From contig NC_083409.1 in NCBI RefSeq assembly GCF_020745735.1, positions 10,824,978 to 10,888,977 of the forward strand: a stretch of 64,000 nt of DNA, read 5' to 3'. Each line of letters opens with the position of its first letter. Within the stretch, counting starts at the first letter, position 1. The notes under the pieces were generated by a model. The model was not told the origin of the DNA. It saw only the letters and a list, made by a program, of their open reading frames with translations, and did not search any database. Source of the DNA: Hemiscyllium ocellatum. Taxonomy: Eukaryota. Made by a program: the position numbers and the translations under genes. Shown in pieces: positions 49,420 to 61,999 of the stretch.

Positions 49420-51130
49420 GGATTGAAATAAAATTAGAGTCAGAGAAATGGACAGCACAGAAACAGACCCTTTGGTCCAACTCGTTCATGCTGACCAAAT
49501 ATCCAAAATTAATCCAGTCCCATTTGCCAGCATTTGACCCATATCCCTCTAAACTCTTCCTATTAATATACCCATGCCTTTTAAATGTTGTAATTGTCCC
49601 AACCTTCACCACCTCCTCTGGCAGCTCATTCCATACATTTAACACCCTCTGAATGAAAACGTTGTTCCTTAGGTCCCTTTTAAATCTTTCCCCTGTCACC
49701 TTCAGCCTATGCCCTCCAGTTCTGGACTCCCCCACTCTGGAGAAAAGATCTTCTCTATTCACCCTATCTATGCCGCTGATGATTTTATAAACCTCTATAC
49801 GGTCACCCATCAACCTGCAATGATCCAGGGAAAACAGCCTCAGCCTATTCAGCCTCTCCTTTTGCTCAAATCCTCCGACCTTGGCAACATCCTTGTAAAT
49901 CTTTTCTGAACCATTTTAAGATTCACAACATTTTTCCTGTAGCAGGGAGACCAGAATTGCACACAGTATTCCAAAAGTGCCCTAACCAATGTCCTGTACA
50001 GCCGCAACAGCTCCCAACTCCAATAACCATTGCACTGACCAATAAAGGAAAGCAAACCAAATGACTTTGTCACTCCCCTACCTACCTGCAACTTCATCTT
50101 CAAGGAACTATTCTTCATTTTTTGAATGAACTGAGAGTCTTTCAGTTGTGAAAGATGCCATTCCATGGCACTATTGGATGAAGAGCAGGCAGTTTCCCCT
50201 GGTGTCCCTGGTCAATATTTATCCCCCAGTCAAAATCACTCAGAATGTATTTCTCTGCTAATTATCACATGGGGTTTGGGATCTTGCTGTGCACAATCTG
50301 CTGGAAAGATCCATTGGAACATCCTGAGCTGGGGGCAGGTGCTACACAAATGCAAGTCTTTCTTTAAGGGTTGGAGTCTCCTGATCCGGATCCTCATCCA
50401 TTGTCTGCGCACTCTCACCTTCCGGGGTCATGAGGTCATTAGGAGCAGTGACCCTGTCTGACCCTAGGACACTGAGACTATTTGCAGCCTCACTCTTGAC
50501 CTCAGCCCAATAGTGTGCAGCAAGGTTTGAAATATAATCTAGAACCTTCATCACAGACACCCCAACGTGACTCTTTCCCGAAGTGTGTGGATCCGAGTCT
50601 GCTCCAATGTTCTCGGACAAAGTTCTCCTGATCTGTGGGTGATCGGAGGTTTGTTAAAGAGATATCGAGCTCCATCCCACTTTCCAGCTCTTGCTCCATA
50701 GCTCTGGAGGTTTCGCTGTTTCAAGTGAATATCTAAGTGTTTTTTCAATGTGATGAGGGTTTCTGCCTCTCCCACTCTTTCAGACAGTGAGTCCCACATC
50801 CCACCAACCTCTGGGTGAAAACAAATACCCTCAACTCCCCTCTAATCCTGCCCCCAACTGATTTCAATCTCTCCCCATGGTTATTGCCCTCTGTGCTGGT
50901 GGAAATCAGTCCTTCCTACACACTCTATCCAAGTCCCTCATCATGTTACACACCACCATCAAATCTTCCCTCAGCCTCCTGCGATCCAATGAAAACATTC
51001 CCAGCCAATCCAATCATTCCTCAAAGCTCAAAGTCCCCATTCCAGATAAACTCTTCCTCTGTCCTGTAATGTGGTGACTAGAACCGTACACAGTTCTCTC
51101 ACTGTGCTCTAACTGGGGTTTTATACAGTT
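49420..51130 (-). mobile_element. CR1 3' fragments
   Basis: ORFs 49367-49813 and 49849-50166 (LVRALLEYCVQFWSP). Confidence 0.8.
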
Positions 51131-52644
51131 CCAGAATAAACAAACACCTTGCTTTCACAGTCAACCAAAAATGAGATAAGGGAGGTGATGGTCTAATGGT
51201 GTTATTGCTGAGCTGTTAATCCAGAGATCCAGGTAATGTTCTGGGGACCAGGGTTAGAATCCAGCAGATGGTGGCATTCAAATTCAATCAAGAAAATCTG
51301 CAATTAAGAGAGTAATGATGACCATGAAACCATTGTTGATTGTCAGGAAAAAGCATCTGATTCCCTAATGTCCTTTAGGGAAGGAAACTACCATCCTTAC
51401 CATGTGACCCCAGACCCACAGCAATGTGGGTGACTCTAAACTGCCCTCTGGGTGATTAGAGATGGGAAATAGATGCTGCCGATCCAGCAATGCCCTCATT
51501 CCATCAAGGGAAAAGGAAAAACAGTTTCTCCCATGTGTCTTCTGAACCACCTCACTGACCTGCATTAATCACCATGGCCACATCTTCCAGCTCCACACCC
51601 ATCTGACTTCCAGCTTCAAACTGACGAGAGACATTCCTTCATTATCTGAGAAACAGATCGAAAAATCAAACACAGGAGCAGCAGTAGGCCATTCGGCCCT
51701 TCAGGCCTGCTCCACCATTCAGTATGATCATGGCTGATCATCCAACACAGTCCCCTGTTATGCTTTCTCCCCACATTCTTTGATCCCTTTAATCCTAAGA
51801 ACTATATCTAATTCCTTCTTTAATACACATTGCATCTAATTCCCTTTTGCTGGAAAAATGGATGACAATTATTGGGTTGTTGTCTGTTGACCAGTATGGA
51901 CGCAATTGGCTGATGAGCCTTTTCGGTCTCTATGAATCTTTGACCCTATTATTATATATTATGAATAACTGGGTACCAAGGACTGACCCCTGTGACACCC
52001 TAAGTTGTAATTACCTGCCATTCAGAAAAAGACTCCTTCTTTCTGTGCCGTCGGCCAACCAGTACCCAATCCATGTCAGGACATGGCCCCAATCCTCTTG
52101 TTCATTTGGTCTAGATCTGGAAGTCCCACCTTTACTCTTTGTAGGAACAGATTCTGAATGATCTCTGACTCGTCCATCAAGGGCTCCCACTGCCTTGACA
52201 CTGATTTCCCATCATGTCACTGCTTCCAGTCCACTTTTACCAAAGCACCACACAGTTTAGTTAAATGAAAACTTTTGCACTTACTGCACTTCCATCCATA
52301 GTCTCAATCTCACTGAGTTTTGAGCACTGTCGCTGAAATGCTCCCCCAGTGATAACCCTTCCAGTTGCTCACAGTCATTCCATAAACAATGGTCTAAAAC
52401 TGTCCCTTCTCTCTCTGCTGCTTCACCATCACCTTCTCAGGGGCAATTAGGGATGGGCAATAAATGTTGGCCCTGCCAGTGACCCTCACATTCCCAAGAA
52501 GCAATTTGAACAATGCCTGTTCATTTGTCAGGTTTATTCTGTATTGACCAAAAATGTTCAAAAAGATTGTATTGCCAGTGAATATTGTGAAGGTTGAATT
52601 CCCTTCGAATGACAGGGATTAAAATTGCTCCTCTTATCTTTCAG

Positions 52645-52972
52645 GCCGTGACAACTCTCAGCCCAAGCTGACCCTGCTGCCCCCTCCCCGGAGCAGGTCA
52701 ATGCCAAGGGCACTGCCACCCTGGTGTGCCTTGCCAATCACTTCTATCCCGATGAGCTGGAGGTGCAGTGGAAGAAGGACGGTGCAGTCATTTCGGACGG
52801 GGTTCAGACCAGCAACTACCTGCGAGCTTCGGACAGCACCTACAGTGTCAGCAGCCTGCTGACCCTCTCTGGGTCTGACTGGGAGTCCAACGCTCGCTTC
52901 TCCTGTGCCCTCACCCACGTGACCCTCCCCTCTCCCCTCAGCAAGAGCATCAGGAGATCAGAATGTGTGTAG
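52645..52972 (+). pseudogene. IGKC: Ig kappa-type C exon with an apparent 1-nt deletion in the C-run 52680-52684 (pseudogene allele or sequence error)
   Basis: Acceptor TTTCAG|GCCGT; SRDNSQPKLTLLP is read in one frame and PSPEQVNAKGTATLVCLANHFYPDELEVQWKKDG...FSCALTHVTLPSPLSKSIRRSECV* in another; the exon is 328 nt where phase-1 entry needs 2+3n; C1-set Cys-Trp-Cys and the terminal inter-chain Cys are present. Confidence 0.9.
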
Positions 52973-53502
52973 AGTGTTGGAGACAGTCCACAGAGGAGAC
53001 ACAACTTTAAATAGAACAGGGCTGAGCTGGCAGGACAAAGGTCATTGTCAGCACTGAATTTCAACTCTCTTCCTTCTCAGGACTGGCTCAGAGAACCTTC
53101 TGAGGTTTGGATGTTAAAGCAGGTCATTGTGACAGTGTCAAGAGAGCTTTACGCTGTGTCAAACTCCATGCTGTACCTTGTCCTGGGAGTGTTTGATGGG
53201 GACATGGTTGACTTGTGATGCCAAGTAAAATCTCTTGAAGTTGCTGAAGACTGTCAGCTGTACAAAACAATGTGGACCTCAGAATTCTCTGCTTCAGTAA
53301 ACCAGATCTCCTTCCTGCTCAGCCGCCAGTTCAAATTTAAAGTTTGGTCACTGTTTAAAGGGACAGGATTATCGTGTTATTGAGAAAATCTCCACAAGTG
53401 TTTTTCTCAAGCTCCAATGTGGCTGTGAATTTGTGCAGCTTCCTCTATCTGGGCTGTTAATTGCAGTTGTTTTTTTTCTGTCAATGTAAATCTGGAAAAG
53501 GG

Positions 53503-53508
53503 AATAAA
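53503..53508 (+). terminator. Candidate polyadenylation signal for the C transcript
   Basis: First AATAAA seen after the C stop (about 530 nt downstream); a variant AGTAAA lies at 53224-53229. Confidence 0.35.
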
Positions 53509-53854
53509 GGTGAAGATTCAGTCTCTGTCTGGTGTATGCTTTGGAAATAGATGACCTCCCCCACACCTCAGTTGATTGGCTGCATTTCAGCAGGTCATTG
53601 TCAAGATTGGCTGGTTGGCCTGTCAATCAATTACAATTATCAATCATTAATCATTCCAAAAAGAACAGAAACTGAAAGCTGTTAGGACTCAATAAGTACA
53701 ATCTGATGCATTCCCTCTTCACTTTGTTGGTCCAGGCCCAGCTGATGGGATCGTACTGTGCAATCTCTGCTACATGTTGGTAAGCTGCTGAAACAATCTC
53801 CTGCCATTCACCAACATTGTCGGCCTTATGTGTCTCTCTGAGCGTGATTGTTTA

Positions 53855-54120
53855 ATTTAATGTTGCCTGTAGGTCTCTGAGTGTGGGTTTGTTACTCAGT
53901 GAGACACCCACAGACAGCACTGAGCAACAACACCCACATTCGGAGACTCCTGCAGGCAGCATGGAGTGTGAGCAGTGCTGCTCTCTCTCTCAGTGTGTGT
54001 GTTACTCTGTGCTGCCTGTAGGTGTCTCTCTCAGTGTGAGTGTGTTACTCTGTGCAGCCTGTAGGTGTCTCTCTCAGTGTGAGTGTGCTACTCTGTGCTG
54101 CCTGTAGGTGTCTCTCTGAG
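53855..54120 (+). repeat. About 43-bp minisatellite downstream of the C exon
   Basis: Unit CTCTCTCAGTGTGAGTGTGTTACTCTGTGCTGCCTGTAGGTGT; CAGTG anchors at 53991, 54032 and 54075; degenerate copy near 53860. Confidence 0.85.
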
Positions 54121-54204
54121 GTCTGTGTCTCCGAGCGATAGATTGAGAATGGGCTTTGTGCTGGGGATTGAAGATTAGGCTTTAATCTTCTCAAATCATG
54201 AATG

Positions 54205-56050
54205 AAAAACAGTTCAGACTTGTGCCCGAAACATCGAATTTCCTGTTCCTTGGATGCTGCCTGACCTGCTGCACTTTAACCAGCCACACATTTACTACAA
54301 AGTCACAGATTCCCATATCTAACTGGACCACACCTCCTCCCATTCAGTATCCTGCAAGAACTCCATCCCATTCTTCCAATTCCTCTGCCTCCGCCCCATC
54401 TGCTCAGATGAGGAGACCTTCCACTGACCATAGATGTCCACCTATTACGAACAACATGCTTTTCCTCCTTCTGTCATCCAACGCACTCCTCCCTTTCCCA
54501 CTCCACTGCTCTTAATCCAGCCCCCTCCAAACACAATTAAAACAGAGTCCCCATTGTCCTCACCTATGAGCCCACCAATCTCCGTATCCAAAACATCATC
54601 CTTAAACACTTCTGCTAACTCCAACTAGACCACACCACCAAATACATCTTCCTCTCCCCACCACTGGATGCCTTCCATAAGGACCATTCTCTTTGACAAC
54701 TCTTGGTTTGCGTCACTCTCCCACCTACCCTCCCGAATCCCAGGTACCTTCCCTGCTACTCAAAACGATGCAAAGCCTGCCGGTACTCTAATCCCTCACC
54801 TCCATCCAGGGCCCCAAGCAGTCCTTCCAGGTGAGACAGAGGTTCACCTGCCTCTCCTCCAACCTAATTCACTGCACCAGGTGCTCCCGATGTAGTCTTC
54901 TCTACATCGGGAAGACCAAACATAAACTTAGGGAATGGTTCACCGAGCATCTTAGCTGGGACCGGAGGGGCTGACTTGACCTCCCAGTCACTATCTATTT
55001 TAATTCCCCTTCCCACTCCCTTTCTGAAATGACCATCCTTGGCCCCCTCCATTGGCACAACAAACCAAACTGCAAATTGGAGGAACAACACCCCATATTA
55101 CGCCTGGGCGGCTGACAGCCCAGAGGACTCAACATAGAGTTCTTCAATTTCATATAACCACCCTTCCCACTCCCCTGTCTCCCTTCCAAATCTCTCTCCC
55201 TCCCTTCCACTCCTTCCTGCCAGCTACCGCATTCATTCCTCCCATTGACCAACCAGGTCATAACCTCTACCTGTCATCACCAATCCCCACTTCATCATCC
55301 TGTCCCTGCCACCCCCTTTATCTTAGCTCTCCCTACACCACCACCCCCCCCGCCCCCCATTCTTGAAAAAGAGTTACACACCGAAATGTCAACTAAGGCG
55401 GCACGGTGGCTCAGTGGTTAGCACTGCTGCCTCACAGCACCAGGCACCTGGGTTCAATTCCCGCCAGTCTATGTGGAGTTTGCACATTCTCCCTGTATCT
55501 GCCTGGGTTTCCTCCGAGTGCTCCAGTTTCCTCCCATAATCCAAAAATGTGCAGGTCAGGTGAATTGGCTGTGCTAAACTGCCCACAGTGTTAGTCAGGG
55601 GTAAATATTGGGTAGAGGAATGGGTTTGGGTGGGTTGCTCTTTGGAGAGGTGGTGGAGACTTGTTGGGCTGAAGGGCCTGTTTCCACACTGTAGAGAAGG
55701 GGGCAGCATGGTGGCTCAGTGGTTAGCACTGCTGCCTCACAGCACCAGGGGCCCAGGTTTGATTCCAGCCTTGGACGACTGTCTGTGTGGATTTTGCACA
55801 TTCTCCCTGTGTCTGCATGGGTTTTCTCCAGGTGCTCTGGTTTCCTCCCACAGTCCAAAGATGTGCAGATCAGGTGAATTGGCCATGATAAATTGCCCAT
55901 CGTGTTAGGTGCATTATCCAGAGGGGAAATGGGTCTGTGTGGGTTACTCTTTGGGGTAAGTGTGGACTGGTTGGGCTGAAGGGCCTGTTTCCATACTGTC
56001 GGGAATCTAATCTAATCTACTCCGCTGCCTGGCTTGCTGTGTTCCTCCAG
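54205..56050 (+). mobile_element. 5'-truncated Penelope-like retroelement (RT C-terminus + GIY-YIG endonuclease), 3' terminal repeat split by two SINEs
   Basis: QVRQRFTCLSSNLIHCTRCSRCSLLYIGKTKHKLREWFTEH near 54830-54950 is a degenerate GIY-YIG; terminal-repeat pieces at about 54205-54290, 55360-55395 and 56020-56050. Confidence 0.8.
55397..56018 (+). mobile_element. Two V-SINEs in direct tandem (about 55397-55695 and 55699-56018)
   Basis: Two GGC(G/A)GCA(C/T)GGTGGCTCAGTGGTTAGC heads, V-domains and tails. Confidence 0.88.
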
Positions 56051-56965
56051 CCTCCTCCCTCTCTACATTGAATGTAAACAGCAGGAAAGGGCTGAACAAT
56101 CAAGTATCAGGGACATTAACAAATGGGACATGAAACAGATAGATGCATTGAGGTGGTCATTCACAAAGAGAAAACCAAACTGGAAATGAAACATTCAGAC
56201 ACCGTGGACCGAATTTAATATCAGAAAATGTGAGACCATGCACTTTGGTCAGAATAATCTAAAGGCCGACTATTATTTAAATTGTGAGAGATTCCAACAA
56301 AGTACAGTACAGAGTGATCTGGGTGTTCTTGTGCATGGGACACTGGAAGTTAGCGCAGGTACAGCAAGGAATTGAGAAGGCAAATGGAATTTTCACCTTT
56401 ATTGCTGGGGGTTGGAATTTAAAAATAGAGAAGTCTTGTTAAAACTGTACAGTGTGTTAGTGAGCCTGCATTTGGATTATTGTGTGCAATTTTGGTATCT
56501 GTATTTAAGAAAAGATGGACAGCCATTGGAGTCTCCCTCCTGCTCCTATTTCCCATGTCCTTGTGTGCTCCAGTGTCCTTCCCTCACAGCAGAGCTGGTT
56601 GGAGCCTGCCTGCAGTAACAGCCTCCAGTCTCTGGGTGGTGCTGCCAAATGATCTGCCTTGCCCAGACTGTCACAGTTCCCATGTTACAACAATATCAGA
56701 AGTATTCCATTGGCTGCAAAACATTTTCAAACATCTAATGTTCAAGGATGATATAACAGAAATATAATTCTCTCTCTTTTTATATTTTATCTCCATGCCT
56801 TCCCACCTATTACCTAACAACATTCTACACTTGTGTCAAGTCCAGAATTAATCATGAATCTCTGGGAGAGCTTAATCTATGACAACACTGGGATTAATGA
56901 CCACCTCCTCAGTGGGCTTTGTGGGTGAAGGTCAATAGCAGTCTCATTGTGAGTCAATCAGTGTT

Positions 56966-57256
56966 TTAGATTAGATTAGATTACTTACAGTGTGGAAACA
57001 GGCCGTTCGGCCCAACAAGTCCACACCGACCCGCCAAAGCGCAACCCACCCATACCCCTACATTTACCCCTTTTACCTAAGACTATGGGCAATTTAGCTT
57101 GGTCTGTGGGAGGAAACCAGAGCACCCAGAGGAAACCGACGCAGACATGGGGAGAATGTGCAAACTCCACACAGTCAGTCGCCTGAGTCGGGAATTGAAC
57201 CCGGGTCTCTGGCGCTGTGAGGCAGCAGTGCTAACCACTGTGCCACCATGCCGCCC
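56966..57256 (-). mobile_element. V-SINE (HE1-like)
   Basis: Reverse complement of the SINE head and (TCTAA)n tail. Confidence 0.88.
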
Positions 57257-57375
57257 ACTATTGTTATTGTTCTGGGTAGAGACAGTACAGACCAACCTCA
57301 GACCCTGTGATCTGATTGAGATGAAGGGTTAGCTGTGCAGGGCTTTCACACCTGGCTCACACACATAGTGAAGCA

Positions 57376-57397
57376 GGGATTCCCCATATTGCGAAAG
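57376..57397 (+). promoter_or_regulatory. NF-kB plus C/EBP composite motif, possible 3' enhancer
   Basis: GGGATTCCCC (fits GGGRNWYYCC) at 57376-57385 followed closely by ATTGCGAAAG. Confidence 0.35.
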
Positions 57398-59240
57398 TAA
57401 ATGGAACTAACAAACTGGGTGGGCGTGACACCCCCACCCTGTCCCCAAGAGAGTGGGGGCAGGAACAGTAATGTTCTCAGAGAGAAAGGATAGTAAAAAT
57501 GGGACAACACAGAGAGAGAGAGAGGACAGGAAGCATGACACTCCCCAGAGACAGGCAAACAGTATCTGTCTGCTCCCCACTTTCTTGTTGTGATATATGT
57601 CGTTGGGAAATTGGTTTGGTTTATATTTTCTCAATTGTATTTAGGTTTGATGAGGTGATTTGGTAACAATGATTCCAATTCCATATTTTGTGTGGCAGCA
57701 GATCTACTGAAGGTCATCCTTTCATTTGGAGCTTGCCCAGGTTTCTGTCCAGGCTGATACAGCATGGTCTACAGTGCTGCTCCTATTGGGCTAATCCATC
57801 ACACATGAGGGAATCTGACAGACACCTTCTCTTTGTGCTGGCAAAGGAAGACATTTGTTTATACTGTAATTGCGGCCAAAGAAATTAGTTAGTGGATGTA
57901 ATTCCAGCTGAATATAATGTTCTGATGTTCATGATGGGATTAATCATGACAGTTCCCACTTGCCTTTACACTGATGGTGGAACAGGAAGTCACCATGCAG
58001 TGATCTCCTGGCTCACACTGAGAAACAAAGTTGATGGTATAACTGCAGAGAGCAAGACAATGGCTTGGACTCACCGAACAACCAGAGGCTTCAGCCAACA
58101 ACTGGGTCACAGACAAATGGAGTGTTGTGTAAATGCTCAGTATCTCAGGGAACAAACACAACAACTGAGCTACAAAACTGAACAAGACTTTTTATGAAAA
58201 TTGGCATTCCAAAAATAAATTCCAAACACAATATGTGTAAATATTGAGTGCAATCTCATTACAAAGACTACATCATTTTCATTGAAAGCTGGACGATAAT
58301 GAGATGAGAATTCAAACAACCACCCACTCCATCACACGGTGTTCTCATCATAACACATTTGCAAGCCTCTTAAAACATGGAAGGAGAGGGAAACATTGCA
58401 AACTATATTACCATGAGTGAGGATCCATTAAAAACTAGGATCATGATGTTAAATGCTCCCAGCCATAAACAACACTGATGCATTCACATCATTAGTTTGT
58501 TAAATGATGTTAAAAAGTCTGCCAACCACTTTCATGAAGAAGAAATATTGAAATCTCAAGAGGCAATGATGACTTTTTTTCAGGACTATAGTAAGGAAGC
58601 AGCAGCTGACATATGAACTCCAACAAACTAATGATAACAGGCACTGAATACAGAGCAGGCCCCTGAGAGAGAGAGAAAAATCAGCAGCAGAGATCTGTCC
58701 AGAGCTGGGAGCATTTTAGACAAGACACCTTGTCGCCAGCAAGTTACTGCAGCTTGAAAACTCCAGTACGGTCAGAAAGAGAAAAAGGACAATGTGCAGA
58801 TTGTTGAACAGGCCCCTACACCTGGGCCTGAGGCAGGAGCCCAAGCTCCAACACACTGGCCTCACTTCACACCAACCTTCACACAGTGCGGGGTCATGAA
58901 CTCCGGCCATCAATCCCTCTGGGACCGGGACAGAGTGAGGGAACAGGGACAATTGTAGAAGAGTCAATAAGGAGTAAAGCAAGATGGAGAGGGTGTGTTT
59001 GGAAAGGGGTGAGAGGAGGAAATATACTTTGTGCCACTCAGTACAGACATCATCTACATGTATCACAGAATGAACAAACAAAAGTCACACCGAAGTACTT
59101 TTCTTATCACAGGGGACATTTTCATTGTAGTGTGATAAGTACCCTACTTCTAAAGCTGCACTGTCTCTCTATGGGTCTCTCCAGATTGAGCCTGTTCGCT
59201 CCAAGCAGAGTCCCACTTTACTGATCAGGGACAATGAAGC

Positions 59241-59259
59241 AGCTGCCCTCTAGTGGCGA
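59241..59259 (-). promoter_or_regulatory. CTCF-binding motif
   Basis: Minus strand TCGCCACTAGAGGGCAGCT closely matches the CCASYAGRKGGCR core. Confidence 0.65.
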
Positions 59260-61999
59260 GAGAGCGCTTGCACTGCTGCTGAGGATTATGGGTAAAGTCC
59301 CCTCCCATTCGCACCCACACAAACCAGCAGCTACTTCAGCTGCTTTATTGAAAACCACAAGCTTTCAAGGCGCTGTTCTTTCAACGGTGGAACTGGACGC
59401 ATGGTCATACGAATTAGGGACAAATGAAGGAGATTAATCCTCTTCAGCCTGCTCCCCATGGCTGACCTGATTATTCACCTTCTTACCTTACTCTGACAGA
59501 TTTTTGATCAGCAATGACTGTCTACTTCTTCACTACAAGCATTCAGAGGTTTCAATTTCAATTCCAAAGACCTATGACCTTTGCAAGAAATCAAAACCCT
59601 GCTCATCTAGATCTTAAATGAGGGAACTTAGTTTTATATTCTCCCTGAAAAAGAAGCATTCTTTTCACAGCCACACTGTATTCTATGCTCATGTTGATAT
59701 GGCATCTGCTTTAATCAGCTGCTCTCCCATGAGAACAGCAGCCTATCCTGCCACCTTCAATGACTGATGCACAGAAACATCCAGGTCCTACTGCCCCTAC
59801 ACCCACCCATACTTGTACCCTTTAGTTTGTTTTGTCTCTCCATGTTTTCCTTCCAAAATGAATCAGTGACATCTCTTTCTATTAAATTCTATCTGCAACC
59901 ATTTGTTCATCCCATTACCTATACCCTTTTTGAAGTTCCACACTATCTTTTTCATGAGTCGCAGTAGATCCAAGTTTCATACCATCAGCAAATTTTGAAA
60001 CCATGCCTTGTGCACTCAGATTTAAATATTTTAAATAATTTTTAGAATGAACTATTTTATAAACTATTTTAAATCAAGCCTCAAATTTATTGCCCATCTC
60101 TAGTTGCTCGGACTGAGTTCTGAGCCAGATTATGGGGCTGTTAAGAATGAATCGCGTCACTGTGTGGGACTGGAGTCACAGACCGGGTGATGACTGGGTT
60201 CCCTTGTCCAAACTACATTCATGAACATGACATTGAGTTTCCTGGGTTTTTTGTTCAGATCCCAGCACCTTCCTTCCCAGATGTTACATGGCTCACCACC
60301 GCCCTCTCCAGGACAATTAGGGAAGTGCAACAAATAGCAGCCATTTTTGTGCCCGCCCATCCCAGGAGAAATCAAAATAAATGAGATACACTTCAAATGA
60401 TCAAACTGGTGAGGCTTGAATTCATCTCTTTGAAAAACTGGAGCCTAGGTGAGAAATAGAGCCATGACATGGGTGACCCTGGTTTGTCAGACGGAAAGGT
60501 GGAGTGTCCTTTGGATTGACACTGGGATCAGACACAAAATGAATTACACTCAAAGACCGAACACACGGCTCTCAAAGCGGGTCACCAAACTGCAAAGAGC
60601 AGCAATTTATCTGGGAGACCTCAACAGGTATCAGTGGGTGTAAGAGCATTAGGCAGGCAAGTGTCAGATATTGTAGAACACACCAGAAACACAGTCACAC
60701 AGAAAGGGAAGCTATTGGGATAGAGCAGGGAAACAGGAATAACTGAATTTCTCCACTGAGAGCTGGGAGAGATTTTCTCGGTTGTAACTCCTCTGAGAAT
60801 GATAAAGCTTGAAGGGCTGTTTATATTATAGTCAACACTGCAGCACGCAAGAAAGGATGTGGAGTGACAGATCTCCTTTAAATTGGAAACAATATCAGAA
60901 ATAAAGGTCAATGTGATTTTGGATTGAATATTGAGAGTAAGGAGATGGAGGGGAGAGTGACCATGGCAGCTGTCCTGAAGAACGGTTAGGTCATGGCTAG
61001 AATGGTGCACAGTTAGAGGCTGCTTTGAGGGACAATACATAGTGGGACATGGACAGGGGATCTAGGGTCACCAGAGATGTGCAGGATAGCAAATGGAAAA
61101 TGCCATGGAAAATGCAGGATTACAGGGATAGGTCGGGTAGGTGTGGGTCGGGGTGGGGTGACCTTCAAAGGGTCTGTATGAGCTTGCTGGACTGTGTGGC
61201 CTGCTTCCACTCTGTAGGAATTCCTCGATTCTGTGATTCTATGAAGGCCAGAACAGGATCTCAACAGTGGAGGGAGGGTATTCTGATGTTCAAAAATTCT
61301 CAAACAAATAAACACAGTAAATGTAGATTTATCGTCACTGCAGACAAACTGAAAGGCAAAATGACTTATTCTCCAGTCATATAACAGGTATAGAAAATAG
61401 ATCAGGAAAAATATTTTGTTGCAATTATTGGAACTTAATGATGAATGATGATAAACAGAGTGCTCCATTCAAAAAAAGACAGAATAACTTTTTAGAATTT
61501 CAACAGGCCTGAAGCAAAAGAGGAAATCAGGATCAAATAGTCATTTGAGAATATAGTACTTGAGTGAGACAAAGCTCTTCTTGTGAAAGCATTTCATTTT
61601 GCCTTGCTTTCTCTCCATGGATGCTGCCTGACCCGCTGGGATCTCCAGAGTTTTGCTGTGCAATTTCTTACAAAATGTCTTGTTGGGTGCAAGACAAAAG
61701 CTTTGACAAAATGTCTCTTTTTTTTCAGCAACACTTGAATTTGGATCAGTTTTGAGAGAAAGCAGGGCCATGGAATCATCTTTCCCTGCAGGGAGGGAGG
61801 GGGTGTGTGTGGAATCTCCCATGGGCAGGATTCTCCTGGCTGCCACCACATCAGGAAGGCTGGAGCTTGATGATCGAGCTGAATGGACAGGGCTCACTCG
61901 CACAGTCCTCAGGGCCATGGAGTCTCTTGTGATGGGAGCATCTGCTTGGTGTCAGGGCAGACAATGACATTGCAGTGGGATTGGAAATGGGACAACTCG

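Noticed and set aside
53855-54120. CRISPR-like appearance of the spaced repeats
   Set aside because: Contiguous tandem units without unique spacers in a vertebrate genome
57892-59081. Short ORFs 57892-58197 and 58716-59081 as a neighbouring host gene
   Set aside because: No recognisable domain or consistent exon structure; part resembles an old LINE RT remnant
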